Shown here: piece after piece, positions 23,500 through 34,503 of the stretch
How the letters are laid out: every line of letters begins with the position of its first letter
Position numbering within the stretch: position 1 is the first letter of the stretch
Assembly (NCBI GenBank): GCA_032718475.1
Contig: JAUCBJ010006491.1
Span: 1 to 36,448 of the forward strand
Reading direction: 5' to 3'
From: Nemertoderma westbladi
Taxonomy: Eukaryota; Animalia; Xenacoelomorpha
DNA: 36,448 bases
Made by a program: the position numbers and the translations under genes
Notes under the pieces: generated by a model
Told to the model about the DNA's origin: nothing
The model's database searches: none
What the model saw: only the letters and a program-made list of their open reading frames with translations

Positions 23500-24130
23500 T
23501 ATCTCTCTAAGCCTACTAACTTTAACTCTAACTCTTCTACTACGTGGTGCTTAGGGTGCCCACAACCCTCTGCTACTACCTCCATCTACGTGGCGCTTGC
23601 GGTGCCCACAACCACTCTACTACTAACTCTAACTAAAACCCTCTATCTACGTGGCGCTTGTGGTGCCCACAACCACTCTACTATCTACCCTCTACTACTC
23701 TACTACCTGGCACCCTATGTGCCCTCTCTACTACTCTACTCTGTGGCACCATATGTGCCCGTCTCTACTACTCTAACACTCTAACTCTACTACCTGGCAC
23801 CCTATGTGCCCTCTCTACTACTCTACTCTCTGGCACCCTATGTGCCCTCTCTACTACTCTACTCTATCTACTTCAACTCTTCTACTACGTGGCGCTTGCG
23901 GTGCCCACAACCACTCTCTGCTACTACTTTCTACGTGGCGCTTCCGGTGCCCACAACCACTCTCTCCTACTACTTGTGGCATGACAATATGCCACACTCC
24001 CTTACCCCGCCGCCTTCTAACTTAACTCCCGGTACTACGTACCCTCTACTCCCGTGGTATGTTTATACCACACTCCCTATACTCCGCCGCCTTCTAACTT
24101 CTCTACTTACTATCCTTTACTACTTCTAAC
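23500..24130. repeat. Interspersed short repeats in the 3' non-coding region of the LTR element
   Basis: Five copies of CTACGTGGCGCTT..GGTGCCCACAACC and four of TGGCACC(C/A)TATGTGCCC plus one variant, separated by CTA/CTCT-rich linkers. Confidence 0.85.
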
Positions 24131-24264
24131 TTCTACTAACTGTTACTTTCTTATTTTATTATTTAATTATTTTATTTAATTAATTAAATAATTATTTGTG
24201 TGGGAAGGGCGTCTCGCCCTCATTCCCACCCCCCTCAGTCCAAAATATTGGACGACTAAACCTC

Positions 24265-27156
24265 CTAACTAGGGCGATTCTTCCAACAGGCACTCTCCCA
24301 CTGCTGCTCTTGTAGGTCCTGTAGGATTCGCCGCACTCTCTTCGCCAATTCCATCTCACCAGGAATTGGTTCTCCCTCTTCTGCCACCCTGAAATCGGGT
24401 CTCTCCGCCGCCTTCTTAACTAGCTCATCTCCTGGCATCAAAATGCCACCTCCCTCCTTGTTGTCTCCCGCCGGCAGAATGAATAGAAAGTGAAAGAACA
24501 GGCAGAACAGTCGGTACAATAGTAGTCCTATCCCTTTCCGTCCTGCCTTCCTTCTCGACTCCCCCCTTGTTGGTATGCCTCCAACCCGGACCTGCGTCTC
24601 TTCCGGACACTCCTCTGGACACTCCTCTAGACACTCCTTCCGACACTCCTCCGGGCACTCCCCCGGAGTGTTGTCCTCCGGACACCTCGCTGTCCGCTCC
24701 GCTCCATCTCCATACCGATGCTTGCTGGGAAACCTACTCTCCTCTGCCCACTTTCTTACCGTCACCTCCCTATCTGGCTCTACTATCTCCTGTTTCTCCT
24801 CTTCGTCCTCTGCGCCTGTGGTGCCTGGTAACATGCACCCTGATGTCTCTGTCACACTGCATGGGATCTTAGTTTTAACTGGGCCGCTAAGCATCCACCC
24901 GAACGGCGTGAGGATCGCCGTCGGATCCCGCTGCCTGTCTTCGCCGAAGACCGTCTTCGTTCTCTCGTGGGCCGTCGGGCAGTCCATCCCTACTATAATG
25001 GACACCTTCCTAACGTCCACCTTTGGTATTGAGAAATCGATACTACTATCGATACTATATTGTTCGACCTCAATGTTGGTTGGTCGCCTGGCATTGATGT
25101 TTATCGATTCTATGACGTGGATGGGGTCGATCGTCGCCCCATAGTCGTATCCCGGTGCAATCGCTGCTATCCTGCACCGCCCCGCCCTCGTCTCCAGGAC
25201 CTCATCTTTACTCGAGACGGTAGTCACCGCCATTCTATTTGGCCTTGTCTTTAGCCCTATCTCTTCGGCCACCCAGTTCTCCACCAGCGTGAAGGCTGCT
25301 CCGCTGTCAACCAGCATTAATGTCGTTACTGATCGACCGCCCTCTCCTGATATCTTTACTGGTACTACCCCGAGTAGTACTTTTCTCTTCTTCTTCTCTT
25401 CTGTCGTGCTTGTGGCCATTGCCTGGCCTCCAGTCTCGGACTCTCTAACTGCTGTTTCTCTACACTCTCCGGATCTGTGTCCTTCTACCACACATCGATG
25501 ACATAGTCCGTTCGCGTCTGTGTAGGCTATATGATCTTGTTTGGGCAACGCTTGCCAGTGCTTACAACTCCTGGTCTTATGTGTTCCATCCCGATGTAAT
25601 TGACATTCGAATCCTGGATCATAGCGTTCCCTGTATAGTCCCTCACGTATCGCGCCTAGGTTTATATGTACCGATTTAGTGTTTTGGTTGTCTGTATTCG
25701 GCCTACTGGGTACATTGGGATTATGTTTATTTATGGTGTTATTTTCTTTCTGTCCCCGCCACGGTGTGGCCCTACTACCAGCTAACTGTGGACTGGTAGT
25801 CCCCTGTGTGGCCGCATGTGGTAGTGACTGTCCCACTCCCGAGAATGGGTCTATCGGATTATATTCGGGTTCAGGCCAGTTGTATTCGGTCTTAGGTGCC
25901 TTCCCCAAACTATCCTCGCTATAGACTGGGTCTGTTATTAATTCGGCTTCATAGTTGAGGAAGCTCGACATCTCTTCTAAGCCCGGTTCCGCACCCTTCT
26001 TCTCCCGTGTGGAGAAGGCTATCTTCCTCCACTTCCTTCGTAACCAGATCGGCAGTGCCTGCGCTATCGTGGTGATGTTGTTAGACGCGTTGAGTTCGTA
26101 TGGTGCGTCTAGCGTCTTTAACACGATTAACGCCTTCTCGACCTTGTTTGCAAAGGTCCTTATGCTAACGGGATTCTCCTGTAGGCCATCCGATGTTATG
26201 CCTCTCAGGGTTTGCCGGATGATCTTGGCCGGGTGCCCGTATTCCCTATCTAGCGCCCGCCATGCTGTCGTGAAGCCGCCCTCGATGCCCTGGTATTGCC
26301 TCACGATGTCGTATGCTGGGCCTCCTGTATATACTTGCAGATATTTTAGGCACTCCGCCTGCGTCAAGTTCTTACTTAATATTTCGTTACTATACATACG
26401 CCGAAACTGTAGGTATTCTTCCGGCCTACTCCCATCGAATTTAAATGGTTCCACGGGTGGTAACTCGATCCTAGTTTTTAACGCATCGATCAATGTGGCC
26501 ATTCCCATCGCTTGCGCTTCTAATGGGTTCGATGGATGTTGTATAGTTTCTCCTGTTGGGTGCGGTCCGTCCGTCCTATCTGTTGTTGTCCTTTGCGTCG
26601 GATATATCATTGGGGGTAACGGCCCCCTCCATATTTCCGTGTCGCATGATCTGTTCTCGTCCAAGGGGTTCGATGTTCTCGCTCCTATTGGGGTATATTG
26701 TTGATATTGTGATGGGGGAATGTCACCCTGTCCCCCTCCCATCGGTATGTTTGGTACTGGGGTTGATGTTAATATATTGGGGCCCATACATCTATCTGCA
26801 ATAATTCCCCCCTCCCCTGGATATATGTTGTGTCCCTGGAAATTATAGTCATGCTGCTGTACCGGTACCGATATAGGCCTATTCACTTCTTGCCTACCTA
26901 CCGGTATGTACTCCGCGACTTCCGGGTTTAATCCCGTCGTCCGCGCTACCCTATCTCTCCCAGCATGGCCTATAATAGTATGTGCAGTAAGGCCTACAGT
27001 ATGTCCTGCAGTCTGCATGTGCCCTTCCGAATCGAAGTTTATTCTTCTCGAATCTCGAATCTCCCCGCGACTACCGTACTCTCGATCGGCAGCTATATCA
27101 CGTCGGGAAGTTTCTCTTCGATCCCCACTCCTGTTCTCTTCTTCGTATCGGTACAT
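24265..27156 (-). CDS. BEL/Pao Gag core (DUF1759-like capsid, Cys-His knuckles) plus aspartic protease, ending in a non-pol tail
   Basis: FDGSRPEEYLQF..LKYLQVYTGGPAYDIV..AWRALDREYG; knuckles CQLHRDGTHKTRSC and CHRCVVEGHRSGEC; protease LVDSGA; BEL-typical IIVGMD..TPFGWMLSGP. Confidence 0.9.
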   Translation of the reverse strand: MYRYEEENRSGDRRETSRRDIAADREYGSRGEIRDSRRINFDSEGHMQTAGHTVGLTAHTIIGHAGRDRVARTTGLNPEVAEYIPVGRQEVNRPISVPVQQHDYNFQGHNIYPGEGGIIADRCMGPNILTSTPVPNIPMGGGQGDIPPSQYQQYTPIGARTSNPLDENRSCDTEIWRGPLPPMIYPTQRTTTDRTDGPHPTGETIQHPSNPLEAQAMGMATLIDALKTRIELPPVEPFKFDGSRPEEYLQFRRMYSNEILSKNLTQAECLKYLQVYTGGPAYDIVRQYQGIEGGFTTAWRALDREYGHPAKIIRQTLRGITSDGLQENPVSIRTFANKVEKALIVLKTLDAPYELNASNNITTIAQALPIWLRRKWRKIAFSTREKKGAEPGLEEMSSFLNYEAELITDPVYSEDSLGKAPKTEYNWPEPEYNPIDPFSGVGQSLPHAATQGTTSPQLAGSRATPWRGQKENNTINKHNPNVPSRPNTDNQNTKSVHINLGAIREGLYRERYDPGFECQLHRDGTHKTRSCKHWQALPKQDHIAYTDANGLCHRCVVEGHRSGECRETAVRESETGGQAMATSTTEEKKKRKVLLGVVPVKISGEGGRSVTTLMLVDSGAAFTLVENWVAEEIGLKTRPNRMAVTTVSSKDEVLETRAGRCRIAAIAPGYDYGATIDPIHVIESININARRPTNIEVEQYSIDSSIDFSIPKVDVRKVSIIVGMDCPTAHERTKTVFGEDRQRDPTAILTPFGWMLSGPVKTKIPCSVTETSGCMLPGTTGAEDEEEKQEIVEPDREVTVRKWAEESRFPSKHRYGDGAERTARCPEDNTPGECPEECRKECLEECPEECPEETQVRVGGIPTRGESRRKAGRKGIGLLLYRLFCLFFHFLFILPAGDNKEGGGILMPGDELVKKAAERPDFRVAEEGEPIPGEMELAKRVRRILQDLQEQQWESACWKNRPS

Positions 27157-27321
27157 CCTGTACCCCTCTCGTGGCCTGCGGTGTGTTTCTCCGGGGCGAC
27201 GGCAATCTCCCGAAGTTCGACCCCACTGACTCTCCGTCTCAATCTCTACTACTGACGGCTCGCTATCCGTCCTTGCTCTCCTGTTGCTCCTAGCAACGAT
27301 TCTTCTACTCTCTCCACTTCT

Positions 27322-29362
27322 TCAATCTTCGACCTCTCTATTAAACTCTACTAATCTACTTCTATCTTCGACCTCTCTATTAAACTCTACTAATCTACTT
27401 CTATCTTTGACCTCTCTATTAAACTCTACTAATCTTCTCTCTTCTGACTGGGCTCGACGTTCCGTCGCCCGCCCTCTCGCGACGTCAACCTGTCTCTCTC
27501 TGCTCGATCGCACGCCGCTGGGGATACTCGCAATCCCCCTATTATTCTCCGTCGCCGGGTGTTGCGGTTTACCTAATTCGGCCCGCGCATTATCCGCCGA
27601 CGCCTGTGGGACACTCCCTGCCCCCCCTCTCTCGCTACTAATCTCTCGTGGTGGGGCGCCCGTAGCCCCCCCCCACCCGCCACTTCTAACTTCACTATCT
27701 CTCACTACACTTCTGCGTCCCTCTTGTCGGACATTTTCTACCCCCCTTCTCTCGCCACTGATCCTCCGTGGTGGGGCGCCCGTAGCCCCCCCCCCCCCAC
27801 TCGCCACATCTAACTTCACTATCTCTTACTACCCTTCTATACCCCTCTCTAGTCGACACACTATCTCTACTACGGCTGGGTCTATTCACCCCCGCCTCTC
27901 TCTCTACTACTGCGAGGCCTACCAGGCCCACCTCGGGTTGGCTCAACCCCGCTACCTCCTGCCTACCAACTACGTGGCCTACCAGGCCACCGTCGGGTTG
28001 GCTCAACCCCGCCACTTCCTGCCTACTAACTACGTGGTCTACCAGGCCGCCGTCTGCCGGGCTATACACGTCTGACACGCTCATATTAATAGCACCATTC
28101 CCAATATTATTTGTTAAATCAATTAAATTATTAGAATTTGAAACGGGATTATTATTTAAATTATTTAAGTTAGAATTATTATTATTTTCAAAATTTAAAT
28201 TGCTATTCGAATTATTTGAATTATTTTGATTATCCTGAATATTTGAATTAATATTATTATTTGAATTTAAACTTAAATTATTACTACCGGGTAAAATATT
28301 TCCTGTAATAAAGGGATTAGGGTTATTTACTACGGTACTAGTAATACCAATATTTCCTAACGCACTACTACTACTCCCCTCACCCGTACGGTTACTGTAC
28401 ATACTGTACGTGTACCGCACGCTCTGTTCTCTTGCCTCACGCTCTTCGCGTTCACTCTCTTGCTCCTTCCTTCCCCTCAGTCGCCACTCTAATTCTTCCA
28501 TTTTTAATTTATATGCCATGCGTTCACTCTCTCGCACCCGTCTTTCTTTTGCGGAGGATGTAGCAGACTTATCGGTTGCGACGGACTCCCGCCGCCCCTC
28601 CGTCCTACTAACTTTCCCCCGCTTTCCGGGGTTCTCGCTGACCGACGAGGCCGAATCCTCGGAGCTAACCTCGGATTCGCCCTCGTGCGGTCCCGCCCAA
28701 CCCACTAACTTAACTTCCCTGGCATCGACTAAGTATGGCCCTATGTACACTACACCAGGCCCCATACCCCTACGTTCCCATAGCCCAAACAGTTCGAAGG
28801 CAACCCCTCTCGCTCTCTCCTCGGCCAGTTCTCCCTGCCCAGAACGCACTAGGTAATCAAAGTATCTGTTCGACTCACCTAGTCGTCTCCTCAACTTCAC
28901 CTGGTCTATCTCAGCCCCTCCTCTAGCTTCCTTCAGTTGTTCCCGGGTCGCGGCGTAGGCTCGTCGGAGCCGGACGACCCCGACGTCCTCGTCGTCGACA
29001 TCTCCTCTCTCCCTCCGGGTTCGGCGTCGTACCGTCGGCTCCACTGTTGCCGTTCCGGTGGGCCGTCCGTCGCCCTCGGCCTCTCGCTGGCCGGCGACAT
29101 CGGCACATCGACCGCCGTCGTGTGTCGACTCGTCTTCCTCTCCTCCCGACTCGTCTCCTCTACTCGACTCGCTCTCTCGCTGTAGACGACCCCCCACATC
29201 TTGGTTCGCCGGGTTGCTCGTTGGCGTGGCGTCAACCTGCGTCGACGTGGTCGGCGTAGCATCGACCGGCGTCGTGGGTTCGTATCGTCTCGCCGTGGCC
29301 TCGCGGATCGTTAGATCGTCGTCCGGGGTCCGCGGCGGTGTCGTTCCTCTCTCTCGACTCAT
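27322..29362 (-). pseudogene. N-terminal low-complexity part of the same Gag ORF, separated from the core by a homopolymer frameshift (about 27786-27798) and one TGA (27322-27324)
   Basis: Track ORFs 27695-29395 and 27322-27819 join if G13 is read as G12. After the TGA, 55 stop-free codons lead in frame to the ATG at 27156. Confidence 0.75.
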
Positions 29363-29437
29363 CTTCGTCTTTAGTGATTGGTGGCTGGTAGTCACTGAGT
29401 TTTAGTTAGCTAGGGCGGCAGCTCTGAGTTCAATTAC

Positions 29438-30005
29438 TGTGACGGGATCCAGATGGGATCCCGGTTTATCCGGTTGTCAGTTCACGCGTCCCCGCCGTGT
29501 GTGAAGAGTAAAAGAGTTTCGGATGTTCGACGTGTATAATGTTTGGGTATATGGATGTAGATACGGTATAATGGTGGACAAAGTTATTGCATATGGAAGG
29601 TGGGAGACGGTAATTGAAATCCCGGTACTTCCCTAACTAAACTATTGTAAGCTACAGTAACACCAGTAACTAGCACTGAGATAACTGAACTGATATGATT
29701 ACAGGTTACTGGTTATATTGCACGGTGGCCTTATTGCTACTCAATCGATGCCTTTCCCCCCTCTGATTGGCTAATACCCCTGTTGGCACCCTTTGCCCCC
29801 CTCTGAAGTGCTTCCCTTCGCCCTTGCTGTTCTCTCTCTGTTAGGGGGTTTGGCCCCTGACCCTTATTGTGTGTGTCTCCTTTGGGGCCTATTGTCCCCG
29901 TTTACTGGGCTGACACGAGGTTGATTGGTAATCAACCTCGTGCTCCCAATATTGCTTTATGGCTCACTCTATGGGGTTTGGTGAGGCGGAATTGATTCGC
30001 TAACA
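29438..30005 (-). repeat. 5' LTR (568 bp)
   Basis: Reads TGTTAGCG...CCGTCACA on the minus strand, upstream of the gag ORF. Confidence 0.96.
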
Positions 30006-30269
30006 GTTAATCATTGTAGCCGTGATGGTTCATGTTTAATATACAATACCCCTTCATTTGCGGTTGTGAAGGTTGTGATTGGAAGTGGTTAAAGACGGCT
30101 AAGTACCCACAGTAGGGTTGAGTCCATGAAGAGGTACAGTAAATTGCGGATATACAAGGTATCAGGTAGTATTTCCAGGTCTATCTTTTACCTGAGGTGA
30201 TGATTTAAAAATCTGAAATCTGAAAAGCTGATGTTTAAAAATAGTCACTCGAAAATTTCAAATTCTCTT

Positions 30270-30342
30270 GGTCACATAGTCTAGTGGTTATCAATCACGT
30301 CAACGATACCTAAGTTCGCGGGTACGAAATCCAATATTGACC
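30270..30342 (+). other. Highly degenerate tRNA-like/SINE-head sequence
   Basis: GGTCA...TGACC ends 73 nt apart, A-box-like TAGTCTAGTGG, degenerate B box GGTACGAAATCC. Confidence 0.35.
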
Positions 30343-30729
30343 TGACCGTTCTTAATTTTTTTGCAAAAAAAATTATTTTTATTTTTTCACTAAAATCGCT
30401 CTAACTTCGGTTCTGGTTTTCCAAATTCAATAAAATTGGAATATTCTTTGCCGTAATTTTTTTGTATCTTTTGAGAGAGGGTCATTTTTGGCGCCAAAAA
30501 ACATGAAAAATAAGGGCCAAAATAACGCGATGCTTTTTGACCCTTAGAATTCGTAATTTTAATTATAAATTAACCCAAGGTATTGTTCGTGGTAATTTCC
30601 TGCACATTTAAGGCCCGGGTTCTTACCTTGAATAAATCCTCGCGCCCATGCTATTATTTTCAGTATAGTATGTTCAGTATAGAACTGCATTTTTAAAACA
30701 TATGTCATTGTTACAATGGCAACATTGAA

Positions 30730-31280
30730 GAGTTCTAGAACAATAGAAATGTATTAAATACTATTCTAGAACATAAATAAAATAAAAAATATAATGTTCT
30801 AGAACATATAGCTAGTTTTTTTTAATTTTAAAATAGCTAGTAAATTTAAAAAAATATCCAATTTGGTAGATAAAATTTTTAATAAATAAATAGTATAAAT
30901 AATATTTTTTTTTGTATTACTAGCTATTCTAAATTTGAAACATAACTAGCTATATGTTCTAGAACATTATATTATTTGTATTATTTATGCTCTAGAATAG
31001 TGTATAATACATATAATATTAAATAAATAAAATAAAAAATAATAATGTTCTAAAACATATAGCTAGTTTTTTTTTAATTTGAAAATAGCTAGTAAATTTA
31101 ACAAATAATACAATATGGTACCGGTAGAAATTTTTTTAATAATAATATAAATAAATACATTTTTTTTACTAGCTATTTTAAATTTAAAAATTTACTAGCT
31201 ATATGTTCTAGAACAATAATTATTTTATTTTATTTTTGTTCTAGAATAGTGTATATTATATATTTTTTATTCTAGAATGG
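30730..31280. repeat. AT-rich TTCTAGAA foldback repeat (copy B, four alternating arms)
   Basis: Paralogous to 17600-18003, with an extra inverted arm at about 31166-31258. Confidence 0.75.
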
Positions 31281-32431
31281 AGATGGTGCAGACTATTTAC
31301 AATATATAAAATTTCACTTTATTTTACAATACAATACAATTTCAAAGCATTTTATACTTGGATTGTTTGGCGCGGACGTGAATCTAGGTGTTCTAGAATA
31401 TCGAAAAAAAATTAAGAGAGCTGCTGAGCTGAAGGTTTAAGAAGTTATATGATGCAATACTGACAGACGCGAAAAACTCGGTTTAAATTCTGCAAAAACA
31501 ATTTATCTACACCACAGATACTTACTACTATCTTCATTGCGATCTGAAAGCAGAAACCAAATGCAACTCAGAAATGACAATAATATAATACGTTAACGCA
31601 AATAGCTAAAACTGAAAGATATAGAAATTCAACAATCCCATATATGGTCAGACAAATGAATAGTGCACCATCACATTAATGTACGTCCACAACAGCTCCA
31701 CCCACTAGCATGACTCGCCCCGCAGCAACACGCCGGCCTGGTAATATACGTATGTGCTGCGGTCCACTATTTGCCACATTATTGCTGTTTAACTTTGTAG
31801 TATACTATTTCATGTAACTATATTTTTTACTTAATTTTAACTTAATAATTAATTTTATTCTTGCTTAATTAATAAATAAACCTTATCAATTTAATTAATT
31901 CTCCATTCTGTTATCGGGTTAGGCTAGGCCTTGGTTTAGGTAACCACTTCCATAATTCTACCGGTACTATTTACTTTCAGTTTCTCCACTCCGGTTCTGT
32001 GCCTACACCAGTGTACCAAACTATTATTACTATTACTGCTGCAGTTCTGTAGTTCTAGTATCAAATAGTTCGATACTGTTGATAGGCCTACATACAGTTA
32101 CAGTTGAATCTCCTACATATTATATTGTATTGTCGATGTCAGATTAAATTAAAGAATCACGATATTCTGTGAAACCAAAGTGCAGTCGCTGCTGCCTGCT
32201 GGGAACGACACAAACGATTATCTACGATCTGTTTCCTATTGAGTTCAAGATAAGATACTAAATATAATAACCAATAATGGTAAGTACCATAATATTAATA
32301 TCAATTAGCTGAATTATATTATTCTTACTGAAACAATAATAAACTCTTAATTTATTTATAAACTACATTATTTGTTTCTTCCCTTTAGGTTTAACAGCCG
32401 GAGGGCGTCTCGTTGAATGGAAACCATTGTT

Positions 32432-34503
32432 TTACCCGTTGGGTCTACTGGTTGGATGTAACCCACGGGTTACCCGTTGGGTCTACTGGTTGGATGTAAC
32501 CCATGGGTTACCCGTTGGGTCTACGGGTTGGATGTAAAACATGGGTTACCCGTTGGGTCTACGGGTTGGATCTGGATATAACCCATATGGGTTACCCGTT
32601 ATGTCTACGGGTTGGATGTAAAACATGGGTTACCCGTTGGGTCTACGGGTTGGATGTAACCCATATGGGTTACCCGTTATGTCTACGGGTTGGATATAAC
32701 CCACGGGTTACCCGTTGGGTCTACTGGTTGGATGTAACCCACGGGTTACCCGTTGGGTCTACTGGTTGGATGTAACCCATGGGTTACCCGTTGGGTCTAC
32801 GGGTTGTATGTAACCCACGGGTTACCCGTTGGGTCTACTGGTTGGATGTAACCCACGGGTTACCCGTTGGGTCTACTGGTTGGATGTAACCCATGGGTTA
32901 CCCGTTGGGTCTACGGGTTGGATATAAAACATGGGTTACCCGTTGGGTCTACTGGTTGGATGTAACCCACGGGTTACCCGTTGGGTCTACTGGTTGGATG
33001 TAACCCATGGGTTACCCGTTGGGTCTACTGGTTGGATGTAACCCATGGGTTACCCGTTGGGTCTACGGATTGGATGTAAAACATGGGTTACCCTTTGGGT
33101 CTACTGGTTGGATGTAACCCACGGGTTACCCGTTGGGTCTACTGGTTGGATGTAACCCATGGGTTACCCGTTGGGTCTACTGGTTGGATGTAACCCACGG
33201 GTTACCCGTTGGGTCTACGGATTGGATGTAAAACATGGGTTACCCGTTGAGTCTGGGTTGGATGTAACCCATGGGTTACCCGTTGGGTCTACGGGTTGGA
33301 TGTAACCCACGGGTTACCCGTTGGGTCTACGGGTTGGATGTAACCCATGGGTTACCCGTTGGGTCTACGGGTTGGATGTAACCCACGGGTTACCCGTTGG
33401 GTCTACGGGTTGGATGTAACCCATGGGTTACCCGTTGGGTCTACTGGTTGGATGTAACCCATGGGTTACCCGTTGGGTCTACTGGTTGGATGTAACCCAC
33501 GGGTTACCCGTTGGGTCTACGGATTGGATGTAAAACATGGGTTTCCCGTTGAGTCTGGGTTGGATGTAACCCATGGGTTACCCGTTGGGTCTACTGGTTG
33601 GATGTAACCCACGGGTTACCCGTTGGGTCTACTGGTTGGATGTAACCCACGGGTTACCCGTTGGGTCTACGGATTGGATGTAAAACATGGGTTACCCGTT
33701 GAGTCTGGGTTGGATGTAACCCACGGGTTACCCGTTGGGTCTACTGGTTGGATGTAACCCATGGGTTACCCGTTGGGTCTACTGGTTGGATGTAACCCAT
33801 GGGTTACCCGTTGGGTCTACTGGTTGGATGTAACCCATGGGTTACCCGTTGGGTCTACTGGTTGGATGTAACCCACGGGTTACCCGTTGGGTCTACGGAT
33901 TGGATGTAAAACATGGGTTACCCGTTGAGTCTGGGTTGGATGTAAAACATGGGTTACCCGTTTGGTCTACTGGTTGGATGTAACCCACGGGTTACCCGTT
34001 GGGTCTACTGGTTGGATGTAACCCACGGGTTACCCGTTGGGTCTACTGATTGGATGTAAAACATGGGTTACCCGTTGGGTCTACTGGTTGGATGTAACCC
34101 ACGGGTTACCCGTTGGGTCTACTGGTTGGATGTAACCCATGGGTTACCCGTTGGGTCTACTGGTTGGATGTAACCCACGGGTTACCCGTTGAGTCTACGG
34201 ATTGGATGTAAAACATGGGTTACCCGTTGGGTCTACTGGTTGGATGTAACCCACGGGTTACCCGTTGGGTCTACGGATTGGATGTAAAACATGGGTTACC
34301 CGTTGGGTCTACTGGTTGGATGTAACCCACGGGTTACCCGTTGGGTCTACGGGTTGGATGTAACCACGGGTTACCCGTTGGGTCTGGGTTGGATGTATCC
34401 CATGGGTTACCCGTTGGGTCTACTAGTTGGATGTAACCCACGGGTTACCCGTTGGGTCTACGGGTTGGATGTAACCCATGGGTTACCCATTGGGTCTACG
34501 GGT
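32432..34503. repeat. 38-bp palindromic satellite, copy B, about 54 units
   Basis: Same consensus as 18040-19903, with its own common variants (CTACTGG, TAAAACATGG, 2-nt deletions). Confidence 0.97.

Larger units (their letters stand above)
22498..30005 (-). mobile_element. Young non-autonomous BEL/Pao-type LTR retroelement (7508 bp), Gag-protease only
   Basis: Two 568-bp TG...CA LTRs, a 5-bp TSD GTTAA (22493-22497 and 30006-30010), a PPT abutting the 3' LTR, and BEL-type gag and protease. No RT, RNase H or integrase motifs are visible. Confidence 0.93.

Noticed and set aside
24425-29405. Multiple + strand ORFs within the LTR element
   Set aside because: Antisense shadows of the purine-rich gag frame with no recognisable motifs.
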